DNA from: an uncultured virus (IMG/VR IMGVR_UViG_3300032007_000064)
Taxonomy: Duplodnaviria; Heunggongvirae; Uroviricota; Caudoviricetes
Virus record (IMG/VR): IMGVR_UViG_3300032007_000064
DNA length: 64,000 nucleotides
Strand: one strand, 5' to 3'
A program made the translations under genes and the position numbers. Position 1 is the first letter of the stretch. Each line of letters begins with the position of its first letter. Below, piece after piece: positions 60,723 to 64,000 of the stretch. The notes under the pieces were generated by a model. That model saw only the letters and a program-made list of their open reading frames with translations. It was not told the DNA's origin and made no database searches.

Positions 60723-61142
60723 ATGGCAAGGAATTATAGGGAGAGGACAGTTATGACGGTAAGTGAAATTTTAATGGCGATATGGTGCGAGAATCCAAAC
60801 CGGGAAATTGTGTCCATTACAAACGAAGGAATCGTATTTGGTGATACCGGAGAAGTGACTTCATTGGAGCAGGGAATTAAACGTTATAAAGCAGAGATTC
60901 TTGGTGAATGTTATGCAAGCGATCCAGATACATATCCGGATTTTGTGAGGAATGCATTCGGTTATTTTGATGAATTTCGCACGAAAAATCCGCAGGAAAA
61001 TGTCGATACGATTGCTCGCATTGCAGCACGTTGTTATGCGGAATCCAATGAACAATACGAATTTATATTGGATTGTTTTTGCGTATCGTATCCGGAATTC
61101 AAAGGTCAGGAATTTATGATTAGGAGATATGAGGAATCATGA
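60723..61142 (+). CDS. Hypothetical protein
   Basis: ORF; GGAGAGG RBS suggests a start at ATG ~60753. Confidence 0.65.
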   Translation: MARNYRERTVMTVSEILMAIWCENPNREIVSITNEGIVFGDTGEVTSLEQGIKRYKAEILGECYASDPDTYPDFVRNAFGYFDEFRTKNPQENVDTIARIAARCYAESNEQYEFILDCFCVSYPEFKGQEFMIRRYEES

Positions 61143-61353
61143 AACATATTATCTGGCGCAGTCATTCAACTGGCGAAATAGTCGAGGGAATCTTAAACGT
61201 AATCAAATGTTCAATCGAAAATTTCCGGACAATCAGTCCGGTCACAGGAAAACGAATCGTGTGTCTCTTGTGGATACCGTGGAAATTCGGGAATTTGTAA
61301 CATCAACACCCAGCACGCATCTCATAAGAACTGCGGACCAAGCTGTGTCTTTT

Positions 61354-61447
61354 AGTACAGTGGGCAAAATGGTTAAAGCCAGCGCTCGCAGAGTAGCGTG
61401 GGGAATCTGATCAGTTTCCTCTGCAGGTTCGAATCCTGCCTGTACTG
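61354..61447 (+). tRNA. Class II (long variable arm) tRNA-like gene with an aberrant 8-nt anticodon loop; pseudo-tRNA or non-decoding
   Basis: Acceptor AGTACAG/CTGTACT, D-arm GGC..TGGTTAAA..GCC, stem GCGCT/AGCGT with loop CGCAGAGT, V-arm GGGGAA/TTCCTC, T-arm GCAGG-TTCGAAT-CCTGC; no encoded CCA. Confidence 0.7.
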
Positions 61448-61604
61448 CACATCAAGGATAGCAACCTTGAGTTTGATGAAAGACTCAAATCTGGATTTTG
61501 TATAGGGTTCGCAACCCATAGGGGTCGGGGAAAATGGGATTGCCCGACAGCACGATTTGGTGGGAAACGTGCGTGATCACGAGGAATCACAAAAAGGAGG
61601 GCTT

Positions 61605-61817
61605 ATGAGTTTTCAGGAATTTGTAGACGGCATTATTGAACTTGCCGCAAAATGCGGGGAAAATGTCACAGTTCATTTCGATTATGATGAAAAAGCCGGG
61701 AAGTATGTAGGAATTGCATCTAATGGTATGCAGTTCACAGGGAATTCGTATTCGTTAAAAATAACTGCACGATGGGGAACAGGTCATCAGGCGCAATTTG
61801 AACTGACTGCAGCGTGA
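61605..61817 (+). CDS. Small hypothetical protein
   Basis: AAGGAGG RBS before MSFQEF. Confidence 0.75.
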   Translation: MSFQEFVDGIIELAAKCGENVTVHFDYDEKAGKYVGIASNGMQFTGNSYSLKITARWGTGHQAQFELTAA

Positions 61818-61828
61818 GGTGCAGGAAA

Positions 61829-61999
61829 ATGAGTATGATAATCGGAAAATATCATATTACATATCGAATCGGCGACGATTACGCCGAGGTCAGGAAAATC
61901 GGATATGTCGACAAGTTCGGCAGGGTTTTGAATCAGGAATTAGTGTTCCGTGGAACGTGGTCTGAATGTATAGCGTATGTGGCGTGGAACGTGGTCTAG
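61829..61999 (+). CDS. Small hypothetical protein
   Basis: GAGGTG RBS before MSMIIG. Confidence 0.55.
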   Translation: MSMIIGKYHITYRIGDDYAEVRKIGYVDKFGRVLNQELVFRGTWSECIAYVAWNVV

Positions 62000-62036
62000 C
62001 GATCTGAATGTATAGCATATGTGAAAGGCGGGGAAA

Positions 62037-62555
62037 ATGAAAAAGCGGAAATCACACGCGTTCGGAAAAGATGTATATCTGCTTGGTGCAGATAGTGAGG
62101 GAACTTTATATTGGCTCGAAGAGCCTGTATGGGATTGTAATTGGTACTGGGGATTTGGGTATATTGAAACATACACAAACAACAGAAATCCGGGAAATTC
62201 AAGCGATATTGAATCACATGAGCATTTTGATGGGTTGAAAAACATAGGGAATCAGAGAACAAATTTACACACAGGATTTTTGAAAAAGTTTACTGAAACT
62301 CCACTGACAGATTCGGAAATCTGGCAACTGTGTGAACTTATGGAAAGCTATTACATATGCAGGGATTATTCAGATTTCATCTTTTGTACCGGAGCACATT
62401 ACACTGGCAATAATCCTGTAAAAGATTTAATTAAAAACACGACGGAATATGACAGGATTAATCAAGTTGTTCTTCCTGAAATCTTTAATGAAGTTAGGAA
62501 AATTCTTGATCCGGAAAGTGAGGTGTCGACAAGTTATGTGGATGGTAACAGGTGA
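62037..62555 (+). CDS. Hypothetical phage protein
   Basis: Aromatic-rich YLLG.D..G..YWLE..WDC.WYWGFGY; RBS present. Confidence 0.8.
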   Translation: MKKRKSHAFGKDVYLLGADSEGTLYWLEEPVWDCNWYWGFGYIETYTNNRNPGNSSDIESHEHFDGLKNIGNQRTNLHTGFLKKFTETPLTDSEIWQLCELMESYYICRDYSDFIFCTGAHYTGNNPVKDLIKNTTEYDRINQVVLPEIFNEVRKILDPESEVSTSYVDGNR

Positions 62556-62766
62556 AAATTACGAAGAGTTGTTTTATAACAAAAAAGAAAATGCTATAAA
62601 AGGTGCTAAAGAACTTTATAAACATTTAATGGAAGATGAATTTGGTTCAATAGAATGTTACGAAAAACATTATGGTTCTATTGAAGAAGACTATAAGAGG
62701 ATAGAAGAAATAGAAAATTATCATGATGATTGGATTACAATAAAAGAAATAGTGACAGAAGATTAA
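62536..62766 (+). CDS. Small acidic hypothetical protein
   Basis: GAGGTG RBS before MWMVTGEN. Confidence 0.6.
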   Translation: MWMVTGENYEELFYNKKENAIKGAKELYKHLMEDEFGSIECYEKHYGSIEEDYKRIEEIENYHDDWITIKEIVTED

Positions 62767-62781
62767 AAACGAGGTTTTGCG

Positions 62782-62964
62782 ATGTTATACGATTTACTTT
62801 GGGCTTTATACACAGCCAAAACAGACAAGGAAAAATCGAAGGCTTTTCGAAATTTAGAAAAGCTCGGTATGGATCGTCAGACTGCAACAATGATGGTAAA
62901 TGAAATCAAAGATGAAATATGGGTATCGCTTGGATATGATCCATATGTGAGGGAAATCGGATGA
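62782..62964 (+). CDS. Small hypothetical protein
   Basis: GAGGTTTTGCGATG leader. Confidence 0.7.
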   Translation: MLYDLLWALYTAKTDKEKSKAFRNLEKLGMDRQTATMMVNEIKDEIWVSLGYDPYVREIG

Positions 62965-63164
62965 AAGCGGATTTTTATGCGGTACAAGTTGAAGTTGACG
63001 GATACGGTAACACGATTACATTAGCGATTTTTAAAACGAAGAATGAAGCTCAGAAATATGTAAAAACACGCGACTTCAGCTGGATCGATTTTTCAGGCTG
63101 TTTTAGCGACGAACCTGTTAGGATAGTTCCTCAAACATGGGGAAAATACAAATCTGTATTTTGA
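62961..63164 (+). CDS. Small hypothetical protein, paralog of 59087
   Basis: MKADFY...VPQTWGKY. Confidence 0.7.
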   Translation: MKADFYAVQVEVDGYGNTITLAIFKTKNEAQKYVKTRDFSWIDFSGCFSDEPVRIVPQTWGKYKSVF

Positions 63165-63185
63165 TTATGAAACGGAGGTTTTGCG

Positions 63186-63470
63186 ATGAAACTTTACATA
63201 GGGCTTATAGATTTATGTGAAAGTTATGGAACCGATTTACATTGTGCAGGGATTTTCGATTCAGCTGAAAAGAGAGATTTGGCTGTGAAAAAATTGCTCC
63301 GTGCATATGGAAAGGATTCTGAAAGCCAAGATGATTCTGAGGATAAAATTGAGATCGACGGCAAGGAATATCAGGTATTTGAAAATGATGACGAAGAGCA
63401 ATCATATGAGTTTGATGTGTTCGAGCTTAATAAGGAATGTGATATAACACTCACATGGTATGAGGAATAA
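63186..63470 (+). CDS. Small acidic hypothetical protein
   Basis: GGAGGTTTTGCGATG leader. Confidence 0.75.
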   Translation: MKLYIGLIDLCESYGTDLHCAGIFDSAEKRDLAVKKLLRAYGKDSESQDDSEDKIEIDGKEYQVFENDDEEQSYEFDVFELNKECDITLTWYEE

Positions 63471-63488
63471 TAATACGGAGGTTTTGCG

Positions 63489-63659
63489 ATGCCTTACAAT
63501 CAAGTAAGAATAACAGTCGAAGCTGGTGGGTTTATTCCGGAATTCAAAGCGATAATTTGCATTCCAGAAAATGTTGATGAAGAGGAATATATTGATGACA
63601 TTCTAGAAGAAATCATAAAAGAAGAGGTGTGGGAAAACACGATTTGGGATTTTTGCTGA
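63489..63659 (+). CDS. Small acidic hypothetical protein (56 aa, MPYNQVRITV...)
   Basis: GGAGGTTTTGCGATG leader; shorter than any ORF in the track. Confidence 0.7.
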   Translation: MPYNQVRITVEAGGFIPEFKAIICIPENVDEEEYIDDILEEIIKEEVWENTIWDFC

Positions 63660-63674
63660 AAGTGGGTATACAAA

Positions 63675-63866
63675 ATGATTGAACAAATAAAATTTAGAGA
63701 CAAGGAAAGCGGATTAATTCATGGCGGAATTCTTCTTGAAGACGGCGGAATTATTTGTGCTTGCTGTGGTGGGTATATAGAGCCAGATGAAGACTCTGTT
63801 GAAATCTTAGAAGTGTACGATGATTGGATCGATTTTTCGGAGAGCATTTGCAAAAGGGGAATATAA
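63675..63866 (+). CDS. Small hypothetical protein
   Basis: GGILL..GGIICACCGG; tightly packed. Confidence 0.7.
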   Translation: MIEQIKFRDKESGLIHGGILLEDGGIICACCGGYIEPDEDSVEILEVYDDWIDFSESICKRGI

Positions 63867-64000
63867 AATGTTGTTAATTCAGATGGGGATTTTCGCAGTC
63901 GTTCCGACTGCTTTTTTGATTCTGTCAAAAACAATTAAGGAGGAGTTGTAATGGGATTGAGTTTTGATGAGTCACTTGCTATTGAGTCGGAAAGATCCGC

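Noticed and set aside
61129..61410. 93-aa ORF
   Set aside because: Its 3' end overlaps the tRNA-like gene and no motif is recognisable; it may be real but could not be supported
61949..62023. Short imperfect duplication CGTGGAACGTGGTCT...GAATGTATAGC; parS-like look of TGTTCCGTGGAACG
   Set aside because: Looks like a local slippage duplication; it lacks the central bases of the 16-bp parS

Overview
This 64 kb window is part of a large temperate tailed phage of a low-GC Gram-positive host (probably Clostridia/Bacillota), organised like SPbeta-type phages. Positions 1-56155 are one minus-strand block. In transcription order it encodes an SF2 helicase-like protein, a YonO-type single-subunit RNA polymerase (DFDGD), a metallophosphoesterase, a tyrosine recombinase, an HU-like protein, terminase, portal, prohead protease, decoration and major capsid proteins, neck proteins, tail tube, a radical-SAM/two-glycosyltransferase/RusA insert, a ~3060 aa tape measure, Dit, Tal, several fibre/receptor-binding proteins and a second tyrosine recombinase. 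Three group I introns split terL, a head-closure gene and the tape-measure gene; the predicted splice junctions restore the reading frames. From ~57100 the + strand carries an early/accessory region: a sigma-like HTH gene containing a perfect parS, an 81-bp tandem repeat, tRNA-like RNAs, strand-specific motif-rich zones and small genes with shared leaders. The best candidate for an undescribed system is a virion O-glycosylation module: short Gly-X-Thr tags occur in five different structural proteins, and two GT2 enzymes plus a radical SAM gene sit inside the tail operon. All functional calls come from motif recognition and gene order; no database searches were run.
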